Virus record (IMG/VR): IMGVR_UViG_2700989363_000008
Location: 1-31,580 of that record
Length of the DNA: 31,580 nt
Reading direction: 5' to 3' (one strand)
From: a virus
Lineage: Duplodnaviria; Heunggongvirae; Uroviricota; Caudoviricetes
Positions within the stretch are counted from its first letter, which is position 1; each line of letters starts with the position of its first letter. Shown in pieces: positions 1 to 10,602 of this stretch. The notes beneath the pieces are model-generated. The model had not been told where the DNA came from, ran no database searches, and saw only the letters and a program-made list of their open reading frames with translations. The position numbers were made by a program, and so were the translations under genes.

Positions 1-3151
<3,151 letters not shown>

Positions 3152-3177
<26 letters not shown>

Positions 3178-3697
3178 TCAGCAACCCCGGTATCAGTTCA
3201 TCCAGCGCGGCTGCTTTGTTCATGGCTTTGATGATATCCCGTTTCAGGAAATCAACATGTCGGTTTTCCAGTTCCGGAAAACGCCGCTGCACCGACAGGG
3301 GGATCCCGTCGAGAATACTGGCAATTTCACCTGCGATCCGCGACAACACGAAAGTACAGAATGCGGTTTCCACCACTTCAGCGGAGTCTCTGGCATTCTT
3401 CAGTTCCTGTGCGTCGGCCTGCGCACGCGTAAGTCGGTGGCGTTCGTACTCAATAGTCCCTGGCTGGAGATCTGCCTCGCTGGCCTGCCGCAGTTCTTCA
3501 ACCTCCCGGCGCAGCTTTTCGTTCTCAATTTCAGCATCCCTTTCGGCATACCATTTTATGACGGCGGCAGAGTCATAAAGCACCTCATTACCCTTGCCAC
3601 CGCCTCGCAGAACGGGCATTCCCTGTTCCTGCCAGTTCTGAATGGTACGGATACTCGCACCGAAAATGTCAGCCAGCTGCTTTTTGTTGACTTCCAT
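3152..3697 (-). CDS. nu1: Terminase small subunit, lambda Nu1-like (181 aa)
   Basis: ORF MEVNKKQLADIFGASIRTIQNWQEQGMPVLRGGGKGNEVLYDSAAVIKWYAERD... matches lambda Nu1 from memory; 3' end overlaps the start of A. Confidence 0.95.
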
Positions 3698-3699
3698 TG

Positions 3700-3886
3700 C
3701 TCATTCCACGGACAAAAACAGAGAAAGGAAACGACAGAGGCCAAAAAGCTCGCTTTCAGCACCTGTCGTTTCCTTTCTTTTCAGGGGGTATTTTAAATAA
3801 AAACATTAAGTTACGACGAAGAAGAACGGAAACGCCTTAAACCGGAAAATTTTCATAAATAGCGAAAAACCGCGAGGTCGCCGCCC
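3700..3886 (-). other. cos: cos packaging site: cosB region upstream of nu1 and cosN 12-nt cohesive-end sequence at 3875-3886
   Basis: 3875-3886 reads aggtcgccgccc, the reverse complement of the lambda cohesive end GGGCGGCGACCT. The 3700-3874 stretch matches the lambda left-end leader (GGTTTTCGCTATTTATGAAAATTTTCCGG...) in reverse complement, as recalled. Confidence 0.85.
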
Positions 3887-3919
3887 CGTAACGGCCCGGA
3901 TCGCCGGAAAGGACCCGTA

Positions 3920-3942
3920 AAAATGATAATGGTTATCATTTT
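3920..3942. promoter_or_regulatory. Perfect 10-bp inverted repeat AAAATGATAA-tgg-TTATCATTTT with strong Fur-box resemblance
   Basis: 3925-3943 GATAATGGTTATCATTTTC matches the 19-bp Fur consensus GATAATGATAATCATTATC at 16 of 19 positions by eye. Lies just beyond cosN on the non-packaging side. Binding protein not established. Confidence 0.3.
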
Positions 3943-4012
3943 CAATGTAGTCCGGTTTCTTCCACCATCGCACCGGACAGGCGACTATGAGGGGACAACG
4001 CCGCGCTCCGTT

Positions 4013-4131
4013 AACGCGGTAAACCCCGGTGTGTATCGTTTTTGATTATCCCCGCACACTCGCGCAGAGGAGTCTCCCTGTCGGGCTGCGGTCTCTGTTA
4101 ATGAGGGAATACAGCGACGATACGGCGCATG
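4013..4131. repeat. Direct repeat copy 1 (~118 bp, ~85% identical to copy at 5799-5916)
   Basis: gcggtaaaccccggtgtgtatcgtttttgattatccccgcacactcgcgcagaggag...cgggctgcggtc recurs at 5799-5916 with scattered substitutions. Together the copies bracket the cargo cassette. Confidence 0.8.
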
Positions 4132-4244
4132 ATGTGTCAGGCTTGAATACATTTATCCGTTAAAAGGGATATCAGTTAAGTTATCCCGTGTAGGGTATAA
4201 GCCATTATCAAAGCCACTCAGTAGCGAATGGCTTTTGTAATGGA

Positions 4245-4694
4245 CTATTTAATTAGTGATGCTGCGTATTCGATTAGATATAACTTAGGTGCCAACCAGA
4301 TTTTTAACCATGTCATATTGGTTACTACAGCAATAATAAAACTTACCCACAGAACAAAAACTGCTGCTAATGGTAAGATAAGAAAACTAATCTCACCGTT
4401 ACTTTCCCAAATCATAGTCGGTTTGTATTTAGGCTTCCCTTTTTCCCATGACCATCCTTCATTATCGAACTTACCAATTTCAACTTTTTGGTACTGTTTC
4501 TTCATAAACCAAATAACCAGCGGGATTGTTGAAATGGCTATTAATGTTTTAATCAGGCTATCAACCATATTCCATACCAGCAACTGATGAACAACATCCG
4601 GAATCTGAGCCTGACTGAATGCAATGGCGGAATCAATTCCATCGCTGGCCTTCTTCAATAAATCAACAAGAATTTTATTTGCTTCTTCTTGCAT
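4245..4694 (-). CDS. Small membrane protein (~149 aa, two predicted transmembrane helices), unknown function
   Basis: ORF 4245-4739; start preferred at the internal Met (4694), which has AGGA 6 nt upstream. Hydrophobic stretches LIKTLIAISTIPLVIWF and ISFLILPLAAVFVLWVSFIIAVV. AT-rich codon usage unlike the flanking phage genes. Confidence 0.55.
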   Translation of the reverse strand: MQEEANKILVDLLKKASDGIDSAIAFSQAQIPDVVHQLLVWNMVDSLIKTLIAISTIPLVIWFMKKQYQKVEIGKFDNEGWSWEKGKPKYKPTMIWESNGEISFLILPLAAVFVLWVSFIIAVVTNMTWLKIWLAPKLYLIEYAASLIK

Positions 4695-4818
4695 GTTTAT
4701 ATCCTGTAAGTTGTAAGCCTGTTCGAGAAAAATAAACAACTACGAGAGACAGAAAAAAATATCTCAGGCTCTCTTTCTATAAGCTTTTAGTTGAGGATGT
4801 TCTGCAAAACAAAACTGG

Positions 4819-5679
4819 TTAGTTATGTAACTGCTTCCGGAATACAACAGCCGACGAGCTACAACGTAAAATTCGTTTGATTGTGGCAGTTGAGGAAACA
4901 GACTTGCATTTCTCAACATCATCAATAATGACCACATCCGGTACAGGAATGACGCGGGTATGCAATGTTTTTGCACTAATAACATCACAGCCATTCAGTG
5001 GTCGAATATCTGCATCTTCAGGCACTACCAGAAGCACACGTTTTTCCGGTGCAGAAAAGCCAGCAGCAAGAGTGCGTGACAATAAAGTCATTCCGCTGCG
5101 TGGCTTCATACAAATTTCAGAAATATGATTCTTTTCGTCCAAATGATGCTGGACATCATTTTTATCATCACTCAACAACTCTGCTGTTAATACAATCCCT
5201 GCTGTCTCAGATTTCCAGGAAATGCTGATATCCTGATCATCTGCATCAACATCATATTTCATCGAGTAAGGACTAAAGCTACGTCCAACGAACGCATCAT
5301 TTACCAGTACACGCCCACCCTGTCTGACCTGAAAGTCAACGCGCCCGGAAAGCTGATTTGCTGTTACAAGCAATGCCTTTTTTCTTTTTGTTTTATTGCT
5401 CATTGCCACCAACTGTTCAGCCATCTCTCTTGTCACACTACCAGAAACTCTTCCTTGCATTTTCACAGAAAATTTTCTGGATGTAGTAGCATCGACATTA
5501 AAAAATCTGGATGTAATCAGGCAGTTATTAACAATTGGCATCAGCTCACTTACGATTGTAAAAAATTCCCGGTAAAGCTCATTTTGCTTTTCAACACACA
5601 GCTTTCCACAATCGTCCAGCTTACGCTCAAGAGCACTTAACCTTTCCATTATTGAATTAATTTTTTGCAACTCTTTCAT
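4819..5679 (-). CDS. Hypothetical soluble protein (286 aa) with N-terminal coiled-coil-like segment; first gene of cos-proximal cargo cassette
   Basis: Start ATG at 5679 is preceded by AGGAGGTTTT (reverse complement of 5681-5690). The track's longer 373-aa ORF is an artefact of upstream read-through across the palindrome. No motif I can assign by eye. Confidence 0.65.
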   Translation of the reverse strand: MKELQKINSIMERLSALERKLDDCGKLCVEKQNELYREFFTIVSELMPIVNNCLITSRFFNVDATTSRKFSVKMQGRVSGSVTREMAEQLVAMSNKTKRKKALLVTANQLSGRVDFQVRQGGRVLVNDAFVGRSFSPYSMKYDVDADDQDISISWKSETAGIVLTAELLSDDKNDVQHHLDEKNHISEICMKPRSGMTLLSRTLAAGFSAPEKRVLLVVPEDADIRPLNGCDVISAKTLHTRVIPVPDVVIIDDVEKCKSVSSTATIKRILRCSSSAVVFRKQLHN

Positions 5680-5702
5680 CAAAACCTCCTGACAAAGATA
5701 CC

Positions 5703-5720
5703 GTGCGACCACGGTCGCAC
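5703..5720. repeat. Palindrome family 1 copy (GTGCGACCACGGTCGCAC): F-sopC-like candidate SopB centromere site
   Basis: Perfect 18-bp palindrome 24 bp upstream of the 4819-5679 start codon. Core TGCGACC-AC-GGTCGCA differs from the F plasmid SopB box TGGGACC-AC-GGTCCCA at one position per half-site. Confidence 0.6.
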
Positions 5721-5798
5721 GCTCCTGAATACATGCCCTGTTTCTTCCACCCTCGCACAGGACTGGCGAGCATGAGGGACAAACCCGCGAATCATTAG

Positions 5799-5916
5799 TG
5801 CGGTAAAAACCCGGTGTGCATCGTTTTTGATTATTTCCGCACACTCGCGCAGAGGAGTTCCCCGTCGGGCTACGGTCATGGTTAATGCGGAAATACGGCG
5901 ACGATGCAGCGCGGTA
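5799..5916. repeat. Direct repeat copy 2 (pairs with 4013-4131)
   Basis: See copy 1. Lies in the upstream region of the 286-aa gene, between two family-1 palindromes. Confidence 0.8.
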
Positions 5917-5922
5917 TTTAAT

Positions 5923-5939
5923 GTGCGACCACGGTCGCA
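5923..5939. repeat. Palindrome family 1 copy (GTGCGACCACGGTCGCA)
   Basis: 16-bp perfect palindromic core TGCGACCACGGTCGCA between the DUF4406-like gene and direct repeat copy 2. Confidence 0.6.
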
Positions 5940-5959
5940 AACGAGAAACAAAGAGATTT

Positions 5960-6271
5960 TTATGCTACAGAGGAACAAGCTGGCGGGTAATTCAGCGTAG
6001 TGAATACCGGCATCTCCATCTTGTATGCGTAATGATACTCAGCAGTTGCTCCAGCAGACGCTTTCCAGCCAGGAAGCATCAAAATAGCATCAGCACAACG
6101 AAGCATTGCAAAGCAAATATCCATGTATTCACGTTGTGTCAAACCATTAGGCAAAGTGGCTGGATTCAAGACAGAGTGACCATGTCGTGACAAACGATCT
6201 GCCTCTTTATTAAAGGCGTCACGATTAAAGTTCTCATATCCCGTCATTGGCCCGGCAATATAAATTTTCAT
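5960..6271 (-). CDS. DUF4406 / nucleoside 2-deoxyribosyltransferase-like small protein (103 aa)
   Basis: N-terminus MKIYIAGPMTG... is the characteristic Rossmann-like start of the NDT-like/DUF4406 family as recalled. Sits in the moron position downstream of Rz (where lambda carries bor). Confidence 0.55.
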   Translation of the reverse strand: MKIYIAGPMTGYENFNRDAFNKEADRLSRHGHSVLNPATLPNGLTQREYMDICFAMLRCADAILMLPGWKASAGATAEYHYAYKMEMPVFTTLNYPPACSSVA

Positions 6272-6312
6272 TCACTATCCAACAAATTGAGCTCGTTTTT
6301 GATACAGAGGGA

Positions 6313-6750
6313 TTAATTCAGGCATTGCGTCTTGATGTATTCCTGCAAGTAGTTAACCTGCGCAGTTATCCTGTCGATCCCACTTCGGAGACGGTAATAA
6401 TTGAGTTCAGCATCTGCTGTAAGTCTTGGGCTTTCTCCATCGCCCATGCTGCTGGCTCCGGTCGTTGACTTTGCACAGGTGGCGGCGACTTGCAGGCGCT
6501 TACGCCCAGCAGAAACATCAGCACGGAGGCTTTCGATAGTCGCGTTAGCATCAGCAAGCTCCTTTGTATATCTGGCATCGAGTTCTGCTACGTCACGTTG
6601 ACGCTTCTGCATATCAGCGATTGTGGATGTGGCTTTATCGCGCTGCTCTTTGTAGGAGATGGCGTTATCACGGTAATGATTAACCGCCCATGACAGGCAG
6701 ACGATGATGCAGATAACCAGAGCGGAGATAATCGCGGTTAACCGACTCAT
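6313..6750 (-). CDS. Rz: i-spanin Rz (145 aa from internal Met)
   Basis: [39 protein letters not shown]... closely resembles lambda Rz from memory; N-terminal TM anchor then coiled-coil. Confidence 0.9.
   Translation of the reverse strand: MSRLTAIISALVICIIVCLSWAVNHYRDNAISYKEQRDKATSTIADMQKRQRDVAELDARYTKELADANATIESLRADVSAGRKRLQVAATCAKSTTGASSMGDGESPRLTADAELNYYRLRSGIDRITAQVNYLQEYIKTQCLN
6366..6551 (-). CDS. Rz1: o-spanin Rz1 lipoprotein embedded in the +1 frame of Rz (~61 aa)
   Basis: [33 protein letters not shown]...: signal peptide with lipobox-like GVSAC followed by a proline-rich segment, nested within Rz as in lambda. Confidence 0.75.
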   Translation of the reverse strand: MLTRLSKASVLMFLLGVSACKSPPPVQSQRPEPAAWAMEKAQDLQQMLNSIITVSEVGSTG

Positions 6751-6838
6751 GACATCAACACCCCAACGGCCAGAAACCACGGCCACGCATCGTTGCCATT
6801 AAATGCGAGCAACGCTGCCATGAAAAAGAAAATCATGC

Positions 6839-7339
6839 TCATTGCTGCCCCCACAAACAGACTTCACGCTCAATCTCACGACGAGTCATCAGGCCTTTCC
6901 ATTGCTTACCGCCAGCAGATATCCAGCGACGTAGCTGATCACATGCGCCTTTGATATCGCCCTGGTTTATTTTGCGAAGAAGCGTCGATGTTCTGAAATT
7001 ACCAGCGCCCACGTTGTAAACGAACGAGTAAAGAGCGCCGCGCGTTGTTTCCGGTATATCGACTTTGATGTACGGGTTAATTTGTCTGGCGACAGTGGCA
7101 AGGTCTTTATTCAGGAGAGCTTTGCATTCTGCTTCGGTATACGTTTTACCTAGCATGATGTCTTTTCCAGTGTGTCCGTAACATACAGTCCATACGCCAA
7201 CAATATCTTTGTATGGTATGTAACTGACACCTTCCAGACCATCGTTACCACTTGGGCCAGTGATGAGCATAGACGCTATGGCAATAGCCCCGCCACCAAT
7301 AGCAGCTGTGACAGCTTTGCGTAATGATGACTGCATCAT
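6839..7339 (-). CDS. R: SAR endolysin (T4-lysozyme-like muramidase with N-terminal signal-anchor-release domain)
   Basis: N-terminal Gly/Ala-rich weakly hydrophobic SAR segment [20 protein letters not shown], then lysozyme-like core ...[22 protein letters not shown].... Positioned between holin and Rz. Confidence 0.85.
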   Translation of the reverse strand: MMQSSLRKAVTAAIGGGAIAIASMLITGPSGNDGLEGVSYIPYKDIVGVWTVCYGHTGKDIMLGKTYTEAECKALLNKDLATVARQINPYIKVDIPETTRGALYSFVYNVGAGNFRTSTLLRKINQGDIKGACDQLRRWISAGGKQWKGLMTRREIEREVCLWGQQ

Positions 7340-7608
7340 ATTTCCTTCGGTGCTCTCTTCCCCAGCTCTCCAATAACCATCGCTGTAGCAGAAAGATTAT
7401 TGGTATTAGTTTTATCCAATATGTCCTGCAATATCTTCGTGCGCTTCATCTGCTCGCGTTTATTGAGCCGGTATGTAAGCACACCGAGGATAATGCTGAA
7501 CGCGACACCGATAATGAAGCTCCAATCCTGCAATGACAGGCTGGCAAAGAACGCAGCAAGACCAGCGCTACCATAAGGTGCACTTCTGTATAGTTCATCC
7601 ATCTTCAT
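7336..7608 (-). CDS. S: Holin (class II / pinholin-like) with dual-start motif
   Basis: 90-aa ORF starting MKMDEL (Met1-Lys-Met3, as in lambda S), two hydrophobic segments, charged C-terminus; immediately upstream of the SAR endolysin with overlapping stop/start. Confidence 0.7.
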   Translation of the reverse strand: MKMDELYRSAPYGSAGLAAFFASLSLQDWSFIIGVAFSIILGVLTYRLNKREQMKRTKILQDILDKTNTNNLSATAMVIGELGKRAPKEI

Positions 7609-7703
7609 ATCTCTTACCTCGCAATAGTTGCTGAGGTTTCGGCTTGGAAACTATATGGCGAAAATAACCCCTACCAAAAACGGCAGGGGAATATATTCTC
7701 CAG

Positions 7704-8780
7704 TTACTCAAATAACTTTTTCACTTCATCAACTGTCTGAAGATAACGTTCGCCCTCAATCTCAATACCTATTGCCTGACGTCCTAACTTCAGCGCAGCT
7801 TTAATAGTTGAGCCTGATCCCATAAAGAAATCGGCAACGATATCTCCGGGGCGTGAACTACTCTTTATAATATGTTCCATCATCGCTGCAGGTTTTTCAC
7901 ATGGGTGCTTGCCAGGATAATATTGCACAGGAGGAAACTCCCATACATCGGTATAAGGTACATCAGCAGTAACATGAAATGGACGGCGTAAATTTTCATA
8001 CTGAGCCTTCAAATCATCATACTGCTTCTTTACTTCCTCATAATGCAATTTCAGATCGCTATAACGCTTTTCATGTTCTGAATAATCAACATTAAAAGGA
8101 TATGGACACGGGACACCGAGTGAATCTGCCTTCCTGCGAAATAATTCGCATAGTTTATAAAAATAAATAAATGATGGAAGCCGCCACTGCGAATAAGAAA
8201 ACCAGTGTGAACACATCTGCTTTCCTGTCGCTGAATTAATGTCTGCGGCTGATATATCTAACTGACGGCGAGCCAGCGAAAAAGCATCAATTAGTGGAGA
8301 AAAAATATTTTTTCTTAAATCTGCACATTTTGAAGCATAACCTGACTGACCTTTAGCATAACCTGACGCGCCGTAATGCTCTGCAAATAATATTCTTTCA
8401 GTAGCAGGAAAATAAGCCCTTAAACTTTCTTTATGACAACCGCGCCACATACCACTTGGTTTAGCCCAAATGATATGGTTCAGAACATTGAAACGGTCGC
8501 GAGTTAATAATTCAATTTTTGACGCAAGGCGAGAGCCGGTAAACATATACAGGCTGCCATTAGGGGCCAATATCCGCCAAAATTCTGCCAAAAATTCGTC
8601 AATCCACCCCAAAAAGTCAGCATCGCTATCCCACTGGTTATCCCATGCGTTAGCCTTTACGCCGAAGTATGGTGGGTCTGTTGCAATCAAATTGACCGAG
8701 TTATCAGGGATGGTTTTGATAAATTGCAGAGAATCTGCGCAAACGAGTTGTGCGCCATGAATATTAGTGGTTTTGAACAT
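7704..8780 (-). CDS. DNA methyltransferase, N6-adenine/N4-cytosine type (beta class; motif IV before motif I)
   Basis: DPPY motif near the N-terminus (NLIATDPPYFGV) and SAM-binding FFMGSGST near the C-terminus. Start ambiguous: 8780 preferred (MFKTTNIHGAQL...), 8825 alternative; neither has a strong SD. AT-rich. First gene of the apparent late transcription unit. Confidence 0.8.
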   Translation of the reverse strand: MFKTTNIHGAQLVCADSLQFIKTIPDNSVNLIATDPPYFGVKANAWDNQWDSDADFLGWIDEFLAEFWRILAPNGSLYMFTGSRLASKIELLTRDRFNVLNHIIWAKPSGMWRGCHKESLRAYFPATERILFAEHYGASGYAKGQSGYASKCADLRKNIFSPLIDAFSLARRQLDISAADINSATGKQMCSHWFSYSQWRLPSFIYFYKLCELFRRKADSLGVPCPYPFNVDYSEHEKRYSDLKLHYEEVKKQYDDLKAQYENLRRPFHVTADVPYTDVWEFPPVQYYPGKHPCEKPAAMMEHIIKSSSRPGDIVADFFMGSGSTIKAALKLGRQAIGIEIEGERYLQTVDEVKKLFE

Positions 8781-8872
8781 AGCTATTATTTTTTTGCCTG
8801 GGTAAGCTAACCCGGCGATGCGCATCGCGGGTGGGCTTTAGGTTCAGCCTATAGCTCTGGCATGGGTTGACC

Positions 8873-8898
8873 GCAGGACAAGCTGCAACTTGTCCTGC
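8873..8898. other. Hairpin: 10-bp inverted repeat GCAGGACAAG-ctgcaa-CTTGTCCTGC in the late leader region
   Basis: Seen directly; no U-tract. Could be a qut/pause or RNA-processing element; function not established. Confidence 0.3.
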
Positions 8899-8912
8899 GC
8901 CCACTTTTCAGG

Positions 8913-8940
8913 CACAAAAAAACCGCCATAAAGGCGGCTT
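8913..8940 (-). terminator. Rho-independent terminator (candidate tR'-like late terminator)
   Basis: On the minus strand: GC stem CCGCC-tttat-GGCGG followed by TTTTTTT (plus strand aaaaaaaccgccataaaggcgg). Lies upstream of the methyltransferase/lysis genes, analogous to lambda tR'. Confidence 0.5.
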
Positions 8941-9024
8941 GTTGGCTGTTGGGTACAAAAAACCCAACTTAACAAAACAATAACTAAAAACCGTCATTTT
9001 GCCAAGCTTTTTCGTTTTTGTGCT

Positions 9025-9042
9025 GTGCGACCGTGGTCGCAC
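9025..9042. repeat. Palindrome family 1 copy (GTGCGACCGTGGTCGCAC; extends to a 24-bp palindrome 9022-9045)
   Basis: Perfect palindrome in the intergenic region between ORF 9048-9275 and the late leader; central dinucleotide GT rather than AC (same site, inverted). Confidence 0.6.
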
Positions 9043-9047
9043 AGCTT

Positions 9048-9275
9048 TTAGAAAGTTGCCTGCTTATATTCATCGGTCAAAGAATATCGACCAGATCCGC
9101 TACGCTTTGCAACCCCAAAACAGATCATCTGTTCGATGATAAATTCAACGGCAGCTTGACTCAAAAAACAGGCTTCGCTTAACTCTTTCAGGGAAATGCG
9201 TGGGTATCCACGCATAACACATTCCACACTCAGGGCCGCTTCAGTCATATTTCCACGAATTTCATTAATATTCAT
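9048..9275 (-). CDS. Hypothetical small protein (75 aa), possibly a winged-helix DNA-binding protein
   Basis: ORF with SD AGAGAGG upstream of ATG 9275; ...ISLKELSEACFLSQAAVEFIIEQ... looks HTH-like. No confident family assignment. Confidence 0.4.
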   Translation of the reverse strand: MNINEIRGNMTEAALSVECVMRGYPRISLKELSEACFLSQAAVEFIIEQMICFGVAKRSGSGRYSLTDEYKQATF

Positions 9276-9288
9276 AACGCCTCTCTAA

Positions 9289-9510
9289 TCAATCTTGAAA
9301 CTGGAAATCAACATCAGCCATAAAGCGGTTCAACTCAGCCAGTTTTGGCCCCATAGTCCCAACTAAGCGACCAGCCAGTCGGTCTGTTAGGTTGGTACTG
9401 TTGAAACCATATTCCTTTTCGAAACGTTCAACCTTCTGCCACAACTCATACAGTTCGTTAGCTATCTCCGCAACATCGTCGCGCATTTTTTCGTTACCTT
9501 GATAATTCAT
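9289..9510 (-). CDS. Hypothetical small protein (~73 aa)
   Basis: Start preferred at the internal Met (9510), preceded by GGAGG 7 nt upstream; the track start at 9528 lacks an SD. Confidence 0.4.
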   Translation of the reverse strand: MNYQGNEKMRDDVAEIANELYELWQKVERFEKEYGFNSTNLTDRLAGRLVGTMGPKLAELNRFMADVDFQFQD

Positions 9511-9675
9511 AATATCCTCCAAATTCATATAGTTAGTGGGTTATTGCCTCTCAATGACACGAACTGTAACTCTGCCAAACGAACACATCCAGTGTTATTT
9601 TTCGCTTTTTAGTGAAATTTTTAATTTGCGTTGTTTTCTTGTTTTGGTGTATTTTATGGATATGGAGGCTATAAT

Positions 9676-9987
9676 ATGTTTAACGTGATAACCCACCCTG
9701 CAGCACTGGATGAACTGCTTGAACTACCAGATGATTTGCGAGGTCGCATGACCAGATTAATTGAGCGACTGGAGAAAGAAGGCAACAAACTGAAGATGCC
9801 CCATAGCCGTGTAATAGGTGGAGGGCTTTTTGAACTACGAGTAGGGGATAAAAACATCGCAAGAACGCTGTACGCCTACGCGACTGGTAACGAAATTTAT
9901 CTATTGCATGCATTTGTAAAAAAGACACAGAAAACACCGGTGAAGGCTATCGAAATCGCCAGAACTCGCCTGAAGGAGATGAACTGA
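9676..9987 (+). CDS. Type II toxin, HigB/RelE-fold (phage Gp49-like family)
   Basis: MFNVITHPAALDELLELPDDLRGRMTRLIERLEKEG...GGGLFELRVGDKNIARTLYAYATGNEIYLLHAFVKKTQKTP fits the Gp49/HigB signature as recalled. GGAGG SD before ATG 9676; stop overlaps the antitoxin start (TGATG). Confidence 0.8.
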   Translation: MFNVITHPAALDELLELPDDLRGRMTRLIERLEKEGNKLKMPHSRVIGGGLFELRVGDKNIARTLYAYATGNEIYLLHAFVKKTQKTPVKAIEIARTRLKEMN

Positions 9988-10274
9988 TGAAAGCGAAAGG
10001 CATCCCGTTTAACGAAGTAAAAGAAAAACTCCTCAACACTCCAGAAGCCGTCAAAGGATATGAAGAGGCCGACAAAGAGCTGGAGATGGTCGAAATGCTA
10101 TACGAAATGAGGGAAAGAGCAGGTTTAACGAAATCAGCTCTGGCTGAACGAATGGGGTTGCGACCGTCAGCCATCAGCCGCCTGGAAAGCAATCCTTTAG
10201 GGGCAAGTATGAAAACTTTGGCTAAATATGCTCATGCCTGCGGCGCAACCATCGATATTCGCGCTGTTTATTAA
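9987..10274 (+). CDS. HTH-XRE antitoxin (HigA-like), partner of the Gp49/HigB-like toxin
   Basis: 95-aa protein with HTH segment LTKSALAERMGLRPSAISRLE; translationally coupled to the upstream toxin. Only plus-strand pair amid minus-strand genes. Confidence 0.8.
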   Translation: MKAKGIPFNEVKEKLLNTPEAVKGYEEADKELEMVEMLYEMRERAGLTKSALAERMGLRPSAISRLESNPLGASMKTLAKYAHACGATIDIRAVY

Positions 10275-10316
10275 TTAGACTCTTTTACTACCCCGTCCAG
10301 AAGGGCGGGGTGTGCA

Positions 10317-10520
10317 TCAATGATGTGAACGCTCAACAGCGATAGTTTTCTGACAATGCTGGGCAATCTCTCGCGACATGTTGATGAGTCGTGAAACCTC
10401 ACCAATATGTAGGCTGGCTTCTGGAGAAGCCAGGGTGACGCTAACCAGATCCAGAACGGCGTCAATATCTCTTAAATTTGAATCGAGTTGTTCAAGAGTT
10501 GATACGGCTGCTTCAGACAT
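10317..10520 (-). CDS. Small protein (67 aa) downstream of a LexA box; candidate SOS-induced antirepressor or similar
   Basis: ORF MSEAAVSTLEQLDSNLRDIDAVLDLV...; the only gene immediately downstream (minus strand) of the LexA box at 10557-10576. Confidence 0.45.
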   Translation of the reverse strand: MSEAAVSTLEQLDSNLRDIDAVLDLVSVTLASPEASLHIGEVSRLINMSREIAQHCQKTIAVERSHH

Positions 10521-10556
10521 TAGATCTCATACCATTTAACTAAAAAAGGTTATTTA

Positions 10557-10576
10557 TACTGTATAAAATTACAGGT
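10557..10576. promoter_or_regulatory. LexA (SOS) box: TACTGTATAAAATTACAGGT
   Basis: Exact CTGT-N8-ACAG with AT-rich spacer, matching the E. coli consensus TACTGTATATATATACAGTA at most positions; about 37 bp upstream of the 10520 start codon. Confidence 0.6.
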
Positions 10577-10602
10577 TAAAACTCAAACTTTACGGTCAAT
10601 TT

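Noticed and set aside
4228-4587. Plus-strand 119-aa ORF overlapping the small membrane protein gene
   Set aside because: Antisense to the better-supported minus-strand gene (which has an SD and is co-oriented with its partner); no SD of its own.
5680-5940. Long N-terminal extension of the 286-aa gene (track ORF 4819-5940 beginning MRPWSH) and the same MRPWSH start on ORF 14609-14836
   Set aside because: MRPWSH is simply the translation of the centromere-type palindrome; the internal Met with an AGGAGG SD (5679) is the credible start, and likewise the internal Met for 14609-14812.
9048-9528. Possibility that the two small ORFs upstream of the late terminator are the Q antiterminator
   Set aside because: Both are about 75 aa with no Q-like zinc-binding region; Q proteins are around 200 aa. 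The 236-aa gene downstream of cro is a better positional candidate, and even that is unconfirmed.
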